In this document: one piece after another, positions 1-10,868 of the stretch
Layout of the letters: every line of letters begins with the position of its first letter
How positions within the stretch are numbered: position 1 is the first letter of the stretch
Assembly (NCBI GenBank): GCA_012520795.1
Contig: JAAYNP010000031.1
Location: 30,771 to 94,770, forward strand
Direction of reading: 5' to 3'
DNA length: 64,000 nt
Source of the DNA: Bacillota bacterium
GTDB lineage: Bacteria > Bacillota > Limnochordia > Darwinibacteriales > DTU012
The notes under the pieces: generated by a model
What the model was told of the DNA's origin: nothing
Database searches by the model: none
Seen by the model: only the letters and a program-made list of their open reading frames with translations
Translations under genes and position numbers: made by a program

Positions 1-723
1 TCTCACTTCTTCTACTGGATCACCAGTAAGGGAAACCCGAATTGTATCACCAATTCCTGAGGCTAGTAAAGCGCCAATGCCTGCTGCTGACTTAATGCTG
101 CCAAACCATGGGGTCCCGGCTTCTGTGATCCCTACGTGGAGAGGGTAATCAACCACTTTGGCAATCATCCTGTAAGCCTCCAGGGTGAAAGGGACACTGC
201 TGGCTTTTAACGAAATCACAATGTCCTGAAATCCAAAGTCTTCCAGCATTCTAACCTGCACTAAGGCGCTTTCAACCAATGCTTTCGGGGTGTGCCCATG
301 CTTATCTAAGGCCCAATCCGCCAATGAACCGGCATTGACACCTACCCGAATCGGTATCCCGCAGCTCTTTGCCTCATCAACTATGGCTTTCACTCGTTCG
401 CGAGAGCCGATGTTGCCCGGATTAATCCTGAGCTTGTCAACCCCTTGTTCTATTGCCATCAGAGCTAACCGGTAATCATAGTGGATATCTGCAACGAGTG
501 GTATATTGATTTGGGCCTTAATCTTGCTCAAAACCATGCCTGCTTCCCGATTGGCAACTGCGACACGGACCAACTCGCAACCTGTTTGTTCAAGCCGACG
601 GATCTGGTTGACCGTGGCGGATACATCACGTGTGTCAGTGGTAGCCATGCTTTGGACAGCTATAGGGGCATCCCCGCCGATCGGGATGCTGCCTACTCTG
701 ACTGTTCTGGTTGTTCTGCGCAT
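1..723 (-). CDS. ispG: 4-hydroxy-3-methylbut-2-enyl diphosphate synthase IspG/GcpE (C-terminus cut by window edge)
   Basis: Minus-strand translation from ATG near 723 reads MRRTTRTVRVGSIPIGGDAPIAVQSMATTDTRD..., a typical IspG N-terminus. It lies downstream of rseP/dxr as in Firmicutes. It is absent from the ORF track because it is truncated. Confidence 0.85.
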   Translation of the reverse strand, partial: MRRTTRTVRVGSIPIGGDAPIAVQSMATTDTRDVSATVNQIRRLEQTGCELVRVAVANREAGMVLSKIKAQINIPLVADIHYDYRLALMAIEQGVDKLRINPGNIGSRERVKAIVDEAKSCGIPIRVGVNAGSLADWALDKHGHTPKALVESALVQVRMLEDFGFQDIVISLKASSVPFTLEAYRMIAKVVDYPLHVGITEAGTPWFGSIKSAAGIGALLASGIGDTIRVSLTGDPVEEVR

Positions 724-736
724 GAATCAACTTCCC

Positions 737-1759
737 TTATGAGAACAATTTGGAAAGATCGCTGTAAGTTGCAAATATCATCAGCACTATCAGCAGTGCC
801 AGCCCCACAAACTGGGCAAAACCTCGGTGTTCATCTTTCAACGGACGGCCTCGCACCGCTTCCACAAGAAAGATTGCCAACCAACCACCATCAAGCACCG
901 GAATTGGCAGCAAATTGATCAGGCCCAGATTCACACTGAGCACTGCGGCCAAAAACATCAAGCTCGCCACCCCATGGGCAGCCCAAACGCCAACCATCCG
1001 GTAAATCCCGATGGGGCCGGCAATCTCTGGCTCTACAGCACCTGTAAACATCCCGAGTATGGCTGCAATTGTCTCCTTGGTAAGAAGCAGCACCTGAGTG
1101 AAACCATCACCAACAGCATGCAGCAATGGTGACCGTTCCTTGGCATGCAATCCCACACCGATAATCCCTTTGTCGCCTTCGCTCATGGGAACCACACTCA
1201 GATCAATGATCTCGCCTCCGCGCTTGATGGTCAATGCAAGACTGCGGCCTGGCGATGACTCAATCTCCTCAATCAGGTGATCCAGATCCCTGACTTTGAC
1301 ATCATTGACTTTGATAACCTGATCTTCAAGCCTAAGCCCTGCCTGTTCCGCTGGATACCCTGGCTGCAGGGATACGATTGTCGGCGGTATAACGATTAAT
1401 GCAGCATACAGAGCTAGAATAAGAGCTGCAAGCACAAAATTCATCAAAGGGCCCGATGCGATGATGGCCATTCGCACCAGCAAAGGCTTGTTGTTAAAAT
1501 TGCCGGGATGTTGTTCATCAATGGTATCTCCTTCATCATCTGACTCATCCATCCCTGCAAGCTTCACAAACCCACCTAAAGGCAGCAGCCTTAAGGAGTA
1601 TACTGAAGGCCCAAATTTCCTATGGATCAGCCGTGGCCCAAATCCCAAAGCAAATTCATAGACGAGCACACCGGATAATTTCGCAACAAGAAAGTGGCCT
1701 AGTTCATGGAAGAAAACTATGTTTCCAAAAACAAGGATAAACGCAACTATGGTTGGCAA
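737..1759 (-). CDS. rseP: RIP zinc metalloprotease RseP/RasP (site-2 protease)
   Basis: HELGH zinc motif in first TM helix, PDZ-like middle region and conserved dxr-rseP-ispG synteny. Confidence 0.85.
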   Translation of the reverse strand: MPTIVAFILVFGNIVFFHELGHFLVAKLSGVLVYEFALGFGPRLIHRKFGPSVYSLRLLPLGGFVKLAGMDESDDEGDTIDEQHPGNFNNKPLLVRMAIIASGPLMNFVLAALILALYAALIVIPPTIVSLQPGYPAEQAGLRLEDQVIKVNDVKVRDLDHLIEEIESSPGRSLALTIKRGGEIIDLSVVPMSEGDKGIIGVGLHAKERSPLLHAVGDGFTQVLLLTKETIAAILGMFTGAVEPEIAGPIGIYRMVGVWAAHGVASLMFLAAVLSVNLGLINLLPIPVLDGGWLAIFLVEAVRGRPLKDEHRGFAQFVGLALLIVLMIFATYSDLSKLFS

Positions 1760-1761
1760 CT

Positions 1762-2901
1762 CTACCCCTTCCTTCCTAGTTGTTCCACCAGGGACAACGC
1801 AGTTGCTCTTGCATGTTCATCGGCTGCAGCCAACTGCGCCAAATCAGGATCCAAGACCAACTGATGTTTATCAATCACTTCCTTGACAATCTCCGCTATA
1901 TCGGTAAAAGCAACCCTGCCTTCCAAAAATGAATTCACAGCAACTTCATTGGCTGCGTTTAGAGCGGCGGGCATGCTCCCTCCAGTTTTTCCAGCCGTTA
2001 CCGCAAGTTCCAGACAGGGAAACCGCTCAGGGTTGTATCTCATAAACGTAAGTTCCGGTAAAGAGGCGAGATCAAGTCTGGAAACCAGTGATTTCCCAAT
2101 CTTAGGATAAGTCAGCGCACGCTGAATCGGCAAACGCATATCGGCTACAGCCATCTGCGCCAAAACTGAGCCATCGACAAACCGCACCATTGAGTGGACT
2201 ATACTCTGGGGGTGTATTACCACATCAATCTGATCATAACCGAGAGAGAACAGCCAATGGGCTTCAATAATCTCAAGGCCCTTGTTCATGAGCGTGGCTG
2301 AATCTACAGTAATCTTCCCTCCCATTTGCCACGTAGGATGTTTGAGTGCCTGTTCAACCGTGACTCTGCTCAAATCCTTCGGCTCGTACAAAAACGGCCC
2401 GCCAGAAGCAGTTAGAATTGCTGACTCGACGGTTTCAGAGTTTTTCCCGTCGAGAATCTGCCAGAGTGCACTGTGTTCTGAGTCAATTGGCATAATCTGA
2501 GAACGGTAAGGTGCCAGCAGATGGCCTCCCGCAACCAACGCTTCTTTACTGGCAAGAGCCACCTTTTTACCTGCTTGCAGTGCTCTCAATGTAGGAGCCA
2601 AAGCGGCAAACCCCACTACAGCCACAACCACTATATCCACATTCGGGTCAGCGGCCAATTCCAGCAAACCTGCTTCTCCATGGGCTGTTTTGATGTTAAA
2701 CCTGTTTCCTAATTGCCTGGCGCTGTCCCGATCACTGACTACCACGATCTGAGGTTGACAGTTTTTGATCTGCCGGGCCAAGCCTGCAATATCCCTATAC
2801 GCGCTTAAGCCATAGACTCGATAGCCTGTTAAGTGCTGTATGACCTGAAGCGTTTGAGTGCCAATGGAACCTGTTGAACCTAGTATAGCAACATTAATCA
2901 T
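1762..2901 (-). CDS. dxr: 1-deoxy-D-xylulose 5-phosphate reductoisomerase
   Basis: N-terminus MINVAILGSTGSIGTQTL is the Dxr NADPH-binding motif; 379 aa. Confidence 0.95.
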   Translation of the reverse strand: MINVAILGSTGSIGTQTLQVIQHLTGYRVYGLSAYRDIAGLARQIKNCQPQIVVVSDRDSARQLGNRFNIKTAHGEAGLLELAADPNVDIVVVAVVGFAALAPTLRALQAGKKVALASKEALVAGGHLLAPYRSQIMPIDSEHSALWQILDGKNSETVESAILTASGGPFLYEPKDLSRVTVEQALKHPTWQMGGKITVDSATLMNKGLEIIEAHWLFSLGYDQIDVVIHPQSIVHSMVRFVDGSVLAQMAVADMRLPIQRALTYPKIGKSLVSRLDLASLPELTFMRYNPERFPCLELAVTAGKTGGSMPAALNAANEVAVNSFLEGRVAFTDIAEIVKEVIDKHQLVLDPDLAQLAAADEHARATALSLVEQLGRKG

Positions 2902-2933
2902 TAATCTATTCCTTCCTGCGGCATATTTTAAGC

Positions 2934-3938
2934 CTATGCAGCGTCACTGACAATGAGATAGACCGCCTTGCAGAAAATCATTGCCATTGGGCCCAATAAA
3001 ACCCCGCTGAACCCCATCAGCTTTACACCGATATATACTGCGGCCATTGTCGATAAAGGGTGAAGCCCGATCTCACCGCCTATCAGCTGTGGTTCACTCA
3101 GCTGCCGCACCAACAGCAGAAGCAACCATACAAATCCGATGAAAACTGCCCGTTGAACCAACCCCCGGGCTAGGTTGTAAAGTATAACTGGAATAAATAC
3201 GCCGCTCGGCCCGATCATTGGGAACAGATCCAAAAAACCCGCAATAAAGCCCAACACCCAGGCATATTGGTGATCTACAATCAGAAATCCACTGACAGCA
3301 ATACATATTGATGTCCACATCAGAAACAGCTGTGCCTTGATATACGCAAAAACCCCCTGCAGCAGCGTATGTTTCAATCCAAAAACACTTTTTTGCCATC
3401 TGCGGGGAAGCTGCGAGGCAACAAAGTTAACGATGGCTCTCTTGTCCCTGCTGACAAAGAAGGCAGTCATCGCAGCGATCATCCAGGAAAACAGCAGGGC
3501 TGGAACCCTTTTGACCAGGCTGAACAACTCGCCGATAATCGCAAGGCAGAACTGGCTGATACTGTTGATTGCAGCCGGAATGAGGTTCTGAACAGCACCC
3601 GGCAGCCTGCTGATCAACTGATTGATCCTGGCAAAGTCTTGAAAAGGATCTGCACGAAGCAGCTGAAATGAGTCAAGCAGTTGGCCCAGTTCATACCAAA
3701 AACCAACTACGGCAATTGCGACAAAAAGCAAAAGACCGCCAAATATACAAACCACTAATAACAAGGATGCAATTTGACGTGGACAACCTTTGTGTTCGCA
3801 TGAATCAACCGCCGGATCGATCATGGTGGCAATCAAGATGCCCAGTAAAAACGGAGCAATATAGCCAAACAACAGCTTTACAGCACAAAACCCCACCAGC
3901 GTCACAATAATGAGCAAAACCTTAGGGTTGAGGTTCAT
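2934..3938 (-). CDS. AI-2E family transporter / sporulation integral membrane protein YtvI-like (UPF0118)
   Basis: 334 aa polytopic membrane protein whose overall pattern resembles the PerM/YtvI family. It sits between cdsA and dxr. Confidence 0.55.
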   Translation of the reverse strand: MNLNPKVLLIIVTLVGFCAVKLLFGYIAPFLLGILIATMIDPAVDSCEHKGCPRQIASLLLVVCIFGGLLLFVAIAVVGFWYELGQLLDSFQLLRADPFQDFARINQLISRLPGAVQNLIPAAINSISQFCLAIIGELFSLVKRVPALLFSWMIAAMTAFFVSRDKRAIVNFVASQLPRRWQKSVFGLKHTLLQGVFAYIKAQLFLMWTSICIAVSGFLIVDHQYAWVLGFIAGFLDLFPMIGPSGVFIPVILYNLARGLVQRAVFIGFVWLLLLLVRQLSEPQLIGGEIGLHPLSTMAAVYIGVKLMGFSGVLLGPMAMIFCKAVYLIVSDAA

Positions 3939-3967
3939 ATTGACCTCCCGGCTAATGGGGCCATTTT

Positions 3968-4750
3968 TCAGGACAAGAAAGGCATATATTTCAAGGTCAA
4001 ATACAGCAGTGGTAAGACAAACAACATTGAATCGAACCGGTCAAGAATGCCGCCATGGCCCGGTAAGATATTCCCAGAATCTTTGACAGCTCGTTCCCGC
4101 TTCATTGCTGATTCTACCAAATCTCCCGTTTGGCCGGCTATGGAAAGGCAAACGCCAAGCAGCAAGAGGACAACAGGCTGACGCCCCAGGTATACAGCAA
4201 AAGCAAGAGCTGTCAATCCTGCTGCCGCTACCCCGCCCAACGCCCCTTCCCATGTTTTGTGCGGGCTGATGGCCGGTGCCAGTTTTGTCTTTCCCAACGC
4301 CAGGCCGACAAAATACGCACCGGTGTCTGTGGCCCAGGTAACCCCGATGCCAAACAGTGCCCACCCAAACCCATAATCTGCGTGGACGATCCACAAAAAA
4401 CTGAACAAACCAACAATATAAAAAACTGCAGCCATGTGCCACATTTGACTTAACGGCCTATATGTCGTAAAGGTTGCCCTTGTCAGTAAATAGATCAATT
4501 GGAGCACAAACCAAACCCACAGGAAAGAGCCGTACAATCCATTATATGCCAGATACAACAAGGATAGCCCTGCCGGAATCAGGTAGTCCCAAAAGACTGG
4601 ATTTTCATAAAGCCTGCTGAATTCATACAAGCCTACAACGGCTAAAACCGCCAGTGCGACCTTGAGATAGATGCCTCCGAAGTAAATTACCGCCAAAAAC
4701 ACGGGAATAGTCACCACAGCTGTCCAAATCCTAGCAGTCAACCCCGTCAC
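3968..4750 (-). CDS. cdsA: phosphatidate cytidylyltransferase
   Basis: 260 aa membrane protein with C-terminal CdsA signature (...KTWEGALGG...DRFDS...). uppS-cdsA synteny. Confidence 0.85.
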   Translation of the reverse strand: MTGLTARIWTAVVTIPVFLAVIYFGGIYLKVALAVLAVVGLYEFSRLYENPVFWDYLIPAGLSLLYLAYNGLYGSFLWVWFVLQLIYLLTRATFTTYRPLSQMWHMAAVFYIVGLFSFLWIVHADYGFGWALFGIGVTWATDTGAYFVGLALGKTKLAPAISPHKTWEGALGGVAAAGLTALAFAVYLGRQPVVLLLLGVCLSIAGQTGDLVESAMKRERAVKDSGNILPGHGGILDRFDSMLFVLPLLYLTLKYMPFLS

Positions 4751-4757
4751 CTACCAG

Positions 4758-5465
4758 CTACTTATCTTTGATGCTGCCGTATCGGCGTTCCCGCTGCCTA
4801 AAACTGGCAATGGCTTTTTCAAATTCCTCGATGTCAAAATCCGGCCAAAGTGTATCGGTAAAATACCACTCAGCATAAGCGCCTTGCCACAGCAAAAAGT
4901 TGCTGGCCCGCAATTCCCCACCGGTGCGAATAATCAGATCCGGATCGGCGAAACCTTTGGTAAACAAGTACTGGGCAAAAACATCCTCTGTTATTTCGTC
5001 CACTGTAAACTGCCCTTGTCGAACCGCAGACGCTAAAGCACGAGCAGCATGGACTATTTCCATGCGCCCCCCGTAGTTGAAGGCCACATTTAGGAACAAC
5101 CGGTCGTTGTGCCTGGTGCGTTCTTCCGCCGTTTGACAAATCCGCTGCTGCCTTGGGGACACAGAGGTGACATCACCTAGAATCTTTATCCGCACACCAT
5201 TGGCAATCAATTCATCCAGATCATCTGAAAAAGTCTGCTCCATCAGCTGCATCAAAGATTTCACTTCTCTTACAGGCCGTTTCCAGTTTTCTGTGCTGAA
5301 GGCGTAAACCGTCAAGACCTTAATACCTATGTCCCCGCAACACTTTACAATCCGTTTCAGCGATTTTACACCTTCCTGGTGCCCGTAATAACGGGGCATC
5401 CGCCTTTCCTTGGCCCATCTCCCGTTTCCGTCCATGATGATTGCTATGTGATTGGGAATAGTCAT
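4758..5465 (-). CDS. uppS: undecaprenyl diphosphate synthase (isoprenyl transferase)
   Basis: HIAIIMDGNGRWA motif near N-terminus; 235 aa. Confidence 0.95.
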   Translation of the reverse strand: MTIPNHIAIIMDGNGRWAKERRMPRYYGHQEGVKSLKRIVKCCGDIGIKVLTVYAFSTENWKRPVREVKSLMQLMEQTFSDDLDELIANGVRIKILGDVTSVSPRQQRICQTAEERTRHNDRLFLNVAFNYGGRMEIVHAARALASAVRQGQFTVDEITEDVFAQYLFTKGFADPDLIIRTGGELRASNFLLWQGAYAEWYFTDTLWPDFDIEEFEKAIASFRQRERRYGSIKDK

Positions 5466-5491
5466 CGCGATCCTCCCACAGCCCCGTGGTG

Positions 5492-5709
5492 TTAATCTAC
5501 TGACCAGTCGCAGGTGGCACAGATTAGCTCAAGGCAATCAGAAGCGGAGCGAATTCCAATAATCCGCAATTCGGAGTGATCATCAGCTGTGACTTCTCTT
5601 TTTCCGGGCGGTGCAGTGAGCACAACCTTGTATGGCTGCTCTTCTTCGTATAAGTATTCGGCTGCCTCATCGAGCGGAAATCCGATAATCAACGTCCAAT
5701 CGACAGTGC

Positions 5710-5713
<4 letters not shown>
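5492..5713 (-). CDS. hypothetical small protein (73 aa) between frr and uppS; TTG start overlapping frr stop
   Basis: It fills an otherwise 244 bp frr-uppS gap. An AAGGAG-like motif lies about 11 nt upstream of the TTG. No recognisable family. Confidence 0.25.
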
Positions 5714-7060
<1,347 letters not shown>

Positions 7061-7062
7061 TT

Positions 7063-7089
7063 AAAAAAGGAACACCAAAAAGGTGCTCC
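7063..7089 (-). terminator. rho-independent terminator directly after tsf stop (approx coords)
   Basis: On the minus strand an 8-bp stem (GGAGCACC/GGTGTTCC) with a 5-nt loop is followed by TTTTTT. Confidence 0.5.
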
Positions 7090-7743
7090 TTACTGCTTCA
7101 TCTGCGCCATTACCTCAGCAGCGAAGTCTTCCTGACGTTTCTCGATCCCCTCGCCGCGTTCAAACCTGACAAAGCGGCGAATACTGATGTTTTCGCCGAT
7201 TTTCGATATTTTTTCATGAAGCAGTTGTTGTACTGTAATGTCCGGGTCCTTCACAAACTGCTGCTCTAAGAGACAGGTATCGGCGAAGAATTTCTCGATT
7301 CTACCATCTACAATCTTATCCACAATATGTTCCGGTTTACCTTCATTGAGAGCAGCCGCGGCAAGGATCTCCCTTTCTTTTTTCACTACAGCCTCAGGGA
7401 CATCCTCTCGCGATACATACTCAGGGCTAGAAGCCGCAATGTGCATGGCAATATCCTTCACCAATTGTTTAAACTCTTCCGTTTTGGCAACAAAATCAGT
7501 TTCACAATTGACTTCAACCAAGACGCCAATCCGTCCGCCCATATGCACATAGGCGTCAACCAGGCCTTCAGCTGCGATTCGCCCTGCTTTTTTGGCAGCT
7601 TTGGACAAACCTTGTTCCTTCAAGTAATCAAAGGCAGACTCAAGATCACCATTAGTCTTGACCAGGGCGTTTTTGCAATCCATCATTCCAGCGCCCGATC
7701 TTTGACGCAGTTCTTTGACCATTTCTGCAGTTATCTTTGCCAT
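7090..7743 (-). CDS. tsf: elongation factor Ts
   Basis: 217 aa; [27 protein letters not shown] is the EF-Ts N-terminal UBA-like motif. Confidence 0.95.
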   Translation of the reverse strand: MAKITAEMVKELRQRSGAGMMDCKNALVKTNGDLESAFDYLKEQGLSKAAKKAGRIAAEGLVDAYVHMGGRIGVLVEVNCETDFVAKTEEFKQLVKDIAMHIAASSPEYVSREDVPEAVVKKEREILAAAALNEGKPEHIVDKIVDGRIEKFFADTCLLEQQFVKDPDITVQQLLHEKISKIGENISIRRFVRFERGEGIEKRQEDFAAEVMAQMKQ

Positions 7744-7772
7744 CAGAATCCCTCCTTTTGTCTTGCTTTCAT

Positions 7773-7817
7773 AAAAAAAGGGAGCATCACGAGAGTGAAA
7801 CCCCTCAAGCTGCTCCC
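7773..7817 (-). terminator. possible attenuator/partial terminator between rpsB and tsf (approx)
   Basis: GGGAGCA...TGCTCCC stem with an internal small hairpin, followed by a T7 run on the minus strand. The loop is long, so this is weak. Confidence 0.3.
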
Positions 7818-7829
7818 CTCGTGCTAGAC

Positions 7830-8633
7830 TTATTCTTCATCATCGCCTATGTCAGGTTCGTCAAGAACATCATCTGCCATGGGAAGATCATCATCCAGAA
7901 CCTTGGCTTTAGAATCCTCATCAACCGGATCAGCTTCCACCTTGCCTTCCTTTGCCTCAATAACAGCGTTTGCTATGGTCGCGGTCAGCAGTTTCACGGC
8001 TCGGATTGCATCATCATTGCCGGGGATCACATAGTCGATTTCATCAGGATCACAGTTAGTATCCACAATCGCCACGATTGGAATACCCAATTTGCGGGCC
8101 TCAGCCACTGCAATCCGTTCTTTGCGCGGATCAACCACAAACAGCGCTCCAGGCAGTTTTCGCATTTCCCGGATCCCACCAAGGAAGCGGTTTAGTTGAA
8201 ACAGTTCTTTCTCCAGCTTCAGAACTTCCTTCTTGGGCAGTACATCAAAAGAACCGTCTCCTTTCATTCTTTCCAGTTCCTGCAACCGTGAAATGCTGCG
8301 GTTGATGGTTTTGAAGTTGGTCAACATCCCACCAAGCCACCGCTGGTTCACATAGAACATGCCGCAGCGTTCCGCTTCATCCTGGATAGTCTCCTGCGCC
8401 TGTTTCTTTGTGCCTACAAACAGCACAGCCTTCCCATCGGTAACCAAATCACGGATGAAATTGTAGGCTTCCTCTACTTTTTTTACAGTTTTTTGCAGAT
8501 CGATGATATAGATCCCGTTGCGTTCTGTGAAAATGTATGGAGCCATTTTTGGGTTCCAACGCCTGGTTTGATGACCAAAGTGAACGCCAGCCTCCAACAG
8601 ACTTTTCATGGTGATAACGGCCAAGTCGCCCAC
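7830..8633 (-). CDS. rpsB: 30S ribosomal protein S2
   Basis: 267 aa, S2 sequence with an acidic C-terminal tail. Confidence 0.95.
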   Translation of the reverse strand: MGDLAVITMKSLLEAGVHFGHQTRRWNPKMAPYIFTERNGIYIIDLQKTVKKVEEAYNFIRDLVTDGKAVLFVGTKKQAQETIQDEAERCGMFYVNQRWLGGMLTNFKTINRSISRLQELERMKGDGSFDVLPKKEVLKLEKELFQLNRFLGGIREMRKLPGALFVVDPRKERIAVAEARKLGIPIVAIVDTNCDPDEIDYVIPGNDDAIRAVKLLTATIANAVIEAKEGKVEADPVDEDSKAKVLDDDLPMADDVLDEPDIGDDEE

Positions 8634-8761
8634 CTCCTCCCTTTTGTTTAGTCCTCCGCAGTTTGCATCTATGGCCGAGACCTGTAAGGCACACCTCGAA
8701 CGATATTCAACTGCGTGTGTTTTGACACCGTTTTAAAGTATAGCACAGATGCCAAGCTTTA

Positions 8762-9148
8762 TCAATGTGTAATTTCGCTATTTTTCAGTTGTCTAATCAA
8801 TTCAACTTCGCCGATACCTAATCCTAGCTTTTGGGCGACCTCAGCTGTATTATATCCTTGATTAAGCAATTCCAGAACCTGCCCGGCTTTGGCCTGGTTG
8901 ATTCGGAAATCGTTTCGCGATGGGCGTAAAACTTGGCGGGCATTCCTCTTCCATTTTTCAATCTCCTGCTGGATTTCTTGCTGTTTCATGATCAACTGGT
9001 CCATGTATTCCTCAAAAAGGGCATCGTAGGCTTTGAATTCAGTTTGAAAATCTGGTTTCACGTCCCGTTCGCCGGTACGATTGTTACTGATCAAAGATAT
9101 CAGCAAGCCACTTGCCAGACCAAGCAAAAAAATCCCTAAGCGGTTCAC
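8762..9148 (-). CDS. hypothetical membrane-anchored protein with C-terminal LuxR/sigma-region-4-like HTH; last gene of the fla/sigD operon (SwrB-position)
   Basis: GTG start preceded by GGAGGA. It has an N-terminal TM helix (LGIFLLGLASGLLISLI), a coiled-coil and a C-terminal VLELLNQGYNTAEVAQKLGLGIGEVELIRQL HTH-like segment. It is translationally coupled to the upstream ORF. Confidence 0.45.
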   Translation of the reverse strand: MNRLGIFLLGLASGLLISLISNNRTGERDVKPDFQTEFKAYDALFEEYMDQLIMKQQEIQQEIEKWKRNARQVLRPSRNDFRINQAKAGQVLELLNQGYNTAEVAQKLGLGIGEVELIRQLKNSEITH

Positions 9149-9163
9149 TGCTGATCCTCCGTC

Positions 9164-9421
9164 CTAGATCTTGATATCCAGCCGGTTACCCGAAGACCTG
9201 TGCCGCTTTTGGCGGGTTTTCTCTTCAGAACTCTTCCTTCGCTGATTGCGCAGGCGATGAGCTCTGGGACTGCGGTTCACCTTTTTTGGCATTGCGGCAT
9301 GCTGCTGTGCCACGACGCTAGCCAGCTTTCCAGCTCCAGTCGGGTCGCCTTCCCGCAGAACTTTCGGGATTTGATCCGTTCTGCCAATCAACACTTGCAT
9401 GTCCGGAAATTTGATTGACAT
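9164..9421 (-). CDS. hypothetical small basic protein (85 aa) coupled to sigD
   Basis: ATG preceded by AAGGAGGG at about 9 nt. The gap after the sigD stop is 24 nt. The C-terminal half is very Arg/Lys-rich. No family recognised. Confidence 0.4.
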   Translation of the reverse strand: MSIKFPDMQVLIGRTDQIPKVLREGDPTGAGKLASVVAQQHAAMPKKVNRSPRAHRLRNQRRKSSEEKTRQKRHRSSGNRLDIKI

Positions 9422-9445
9422 CGGCCGTTCCCTCCTTATCAGTGT

Positions 9446-10207
9446 TTAAACAAACTTAAGTTTTGACCGGAGGGCTCTGATAGCTTGACTGTGAATCTGG
9501 CTGATGCGTGATTCGGATACGGCAAGTATATGGCCAATCTCTTTCAGGGTGAGCCCTTCATGGTAATACAGGGACACTACCAAACGCTGCTTCTCCTCAA
9601 GTTCGTCGACTGCCGCAGCCAGTTCCTGCAGCGTTTCTTGATCAATAAGTTCCTGATCAATAACTGCCTCAGGATCATTGATCGTATCGAGAAGGGTAAT
9701 AGAATCTGCGTCAGAATCGCCCGTCAGATGATCATCCAGGGACAGCAAGGAAATGTTTCTTACTTGATCGAGTGTTTCATAGTATTTCTCCAGGGGCATC
9801 TGGAGCGCAGATGCCACTTCCCGTTCAGTCGGTGTTCGGCCCAGTTCATGTTCCAATTTCATAATTGCCTGATCGATCCTTTTTGCCTTATTCCGGACGC
9901 TTCTCGGTATCCAATCGGTAGAACGCAGCCCGTCGATAATTCCACCGCGAATCCGTACACTGGCATAGGTTTCAAACTTGATATCTCTGTTCAGGTCATA
10001 TTTTTCAATAGCATCAATCAGGCCAAATACGCCATAGCTGATTAAATCGTGAAACTCTACATTATCGGGAAGATGAATAGCAATCCTGCCGGCTATGTAC
10101 TGTACCAGGGGCAGATACTCTTCAATGATCTGCTCTCTTGCGGAAAGATCATTATTAAATTTATACTGCTGCCACAGGTCAGTAAGCTCAACGCTTTCTC
10201 TATCCAT
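9446..10207 (-). CDS. sigD: flagellar sigma factor SigD/FliA (sigma-28)
   Basis: Sigma-70 regions 2 and 4 are present (...EYLPLVQYIAGR..., ...LTLKEIGHILAVSESRISQI...). I prefer the internal start MDRESVELTDLW, which gives 253 aa, because the upstream part overlaps the PilZ gene. It sits at the end of the fla operon. Confidence 0.85.
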   Translation of the reverse strand: MDRESVELTDLWQQYKFNNDLSAREQIIEEYLPLVQYIAGRIAIHLPDNVEFHDLISYGVFGLIDAIEKYDLNRDIKFETYASVRIRGGIIDGLRSTDWIPRSVRNKAKRIDQAIMKLEHELGRTPTEREVASALQMPLEKYYETLDQVRNISLLSLDDHLTGDSDADSITLLDTINDPEAVIDQELIDQETLQELAAAVDELEEKQRLVVSLYYHEGLTLKEIGHILAVSESRISQIHSQAIRALRSKLKFV

Positions 10208-10220
10208 GCCCACCAACTTC

Positions 10221-10868
10221 CTAAGCCTTTTCGTCAATCTTCTTACGATAGATTTCGATCTGGCGTTTATAAACGTATTGAATGATCTCCAGACGAGTGC
10301 GTTCATCAATATTTTCAAATATACAGCCGTACTCAAAACCATATTCGGTCCGGGCCCCACGCAAAATCCTGCAGTATAACCGGATTATCGTCCCTCCAAT
10401 TGGAAGATCTACATAGATCTGTGAACCCAACTCCAGTTCTTCCTGTGTGACACAGAGCAGCCCGCCGCCGCTGATGTCTTTAACGCGGCAGGGAATATCT
10501 CCGTTGTAGGTTGCATCAATATAAACACTGACTCTGACATAATCTCTCAGCTGGATCTTCTGCCATTCAGTCGTTAGGTTTACCAACAAGACAGGGACAT
10601 TATTGTCCCTGAAGCGCCGTTCAACCACGCCGGCAGCTTCATACCGCCCCTGATGAACCACATCATAATTGTAAAACGATATGGTCACCATCGTTTCGCG
10701 CCTGATGGGCACGATATCTCCGTCCACAATCGGAGCCGCTAACAACAAGTAGCCTCGCTCTTCATCCAGGTCTTCAACGCGTGTATGATAGACTCTCCGA
10801 TCTTCACCATCGCCGACGGCTAGTTCAACTCTTTGGTTAGGGCTAATTAGCAAAAGTATTCCTCCCAA
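10221..10868 (-). CDS. PilZ-domain flagellar brake protein (YcgR/MotI-like)
   Basis: PilZ c-di-GMP motifs (...RRE..., DISGGGLL) are present. It lies immediately downstream of flhG. Confidence 0.75.
   Translation of the reverse strand: MGGILLLISPNQRVELAVGDGEDRRVYHTRVEDLDEERGYLLLAAPIVDGDIVPIRRETMVTISFYNYDVVHQGRYEAAGVVERRFRDNNVPVLLVNLTTEWQKIQLRDYVRVSVYIDATYNGDIPCRVKDISGGGLLCVTQEELELGSQIYVDLPIGGTIIRLYCRILRGARTEYGFEYGCIFENIDERTRLEIIQYVYKRQIEIYRKKIDEKA

Noticed and set aside
3094-3399. 101-aa minus-strand ORF inside the AI-2E transporter gene region
   Set aside because: It is an alternative frame of a longer membrane-protein ORF, with Cys-rich low-complexity translation and no support.
9430-9473. 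CCCTCC...GGAGGG inverted repeat spanning the sigD stop, as a terminator
   Set aside because: The loop is about 30 nt and contains the RBS of the coupled downstream ORF. No U-tract follows. It is more likely just RBS complementarity.
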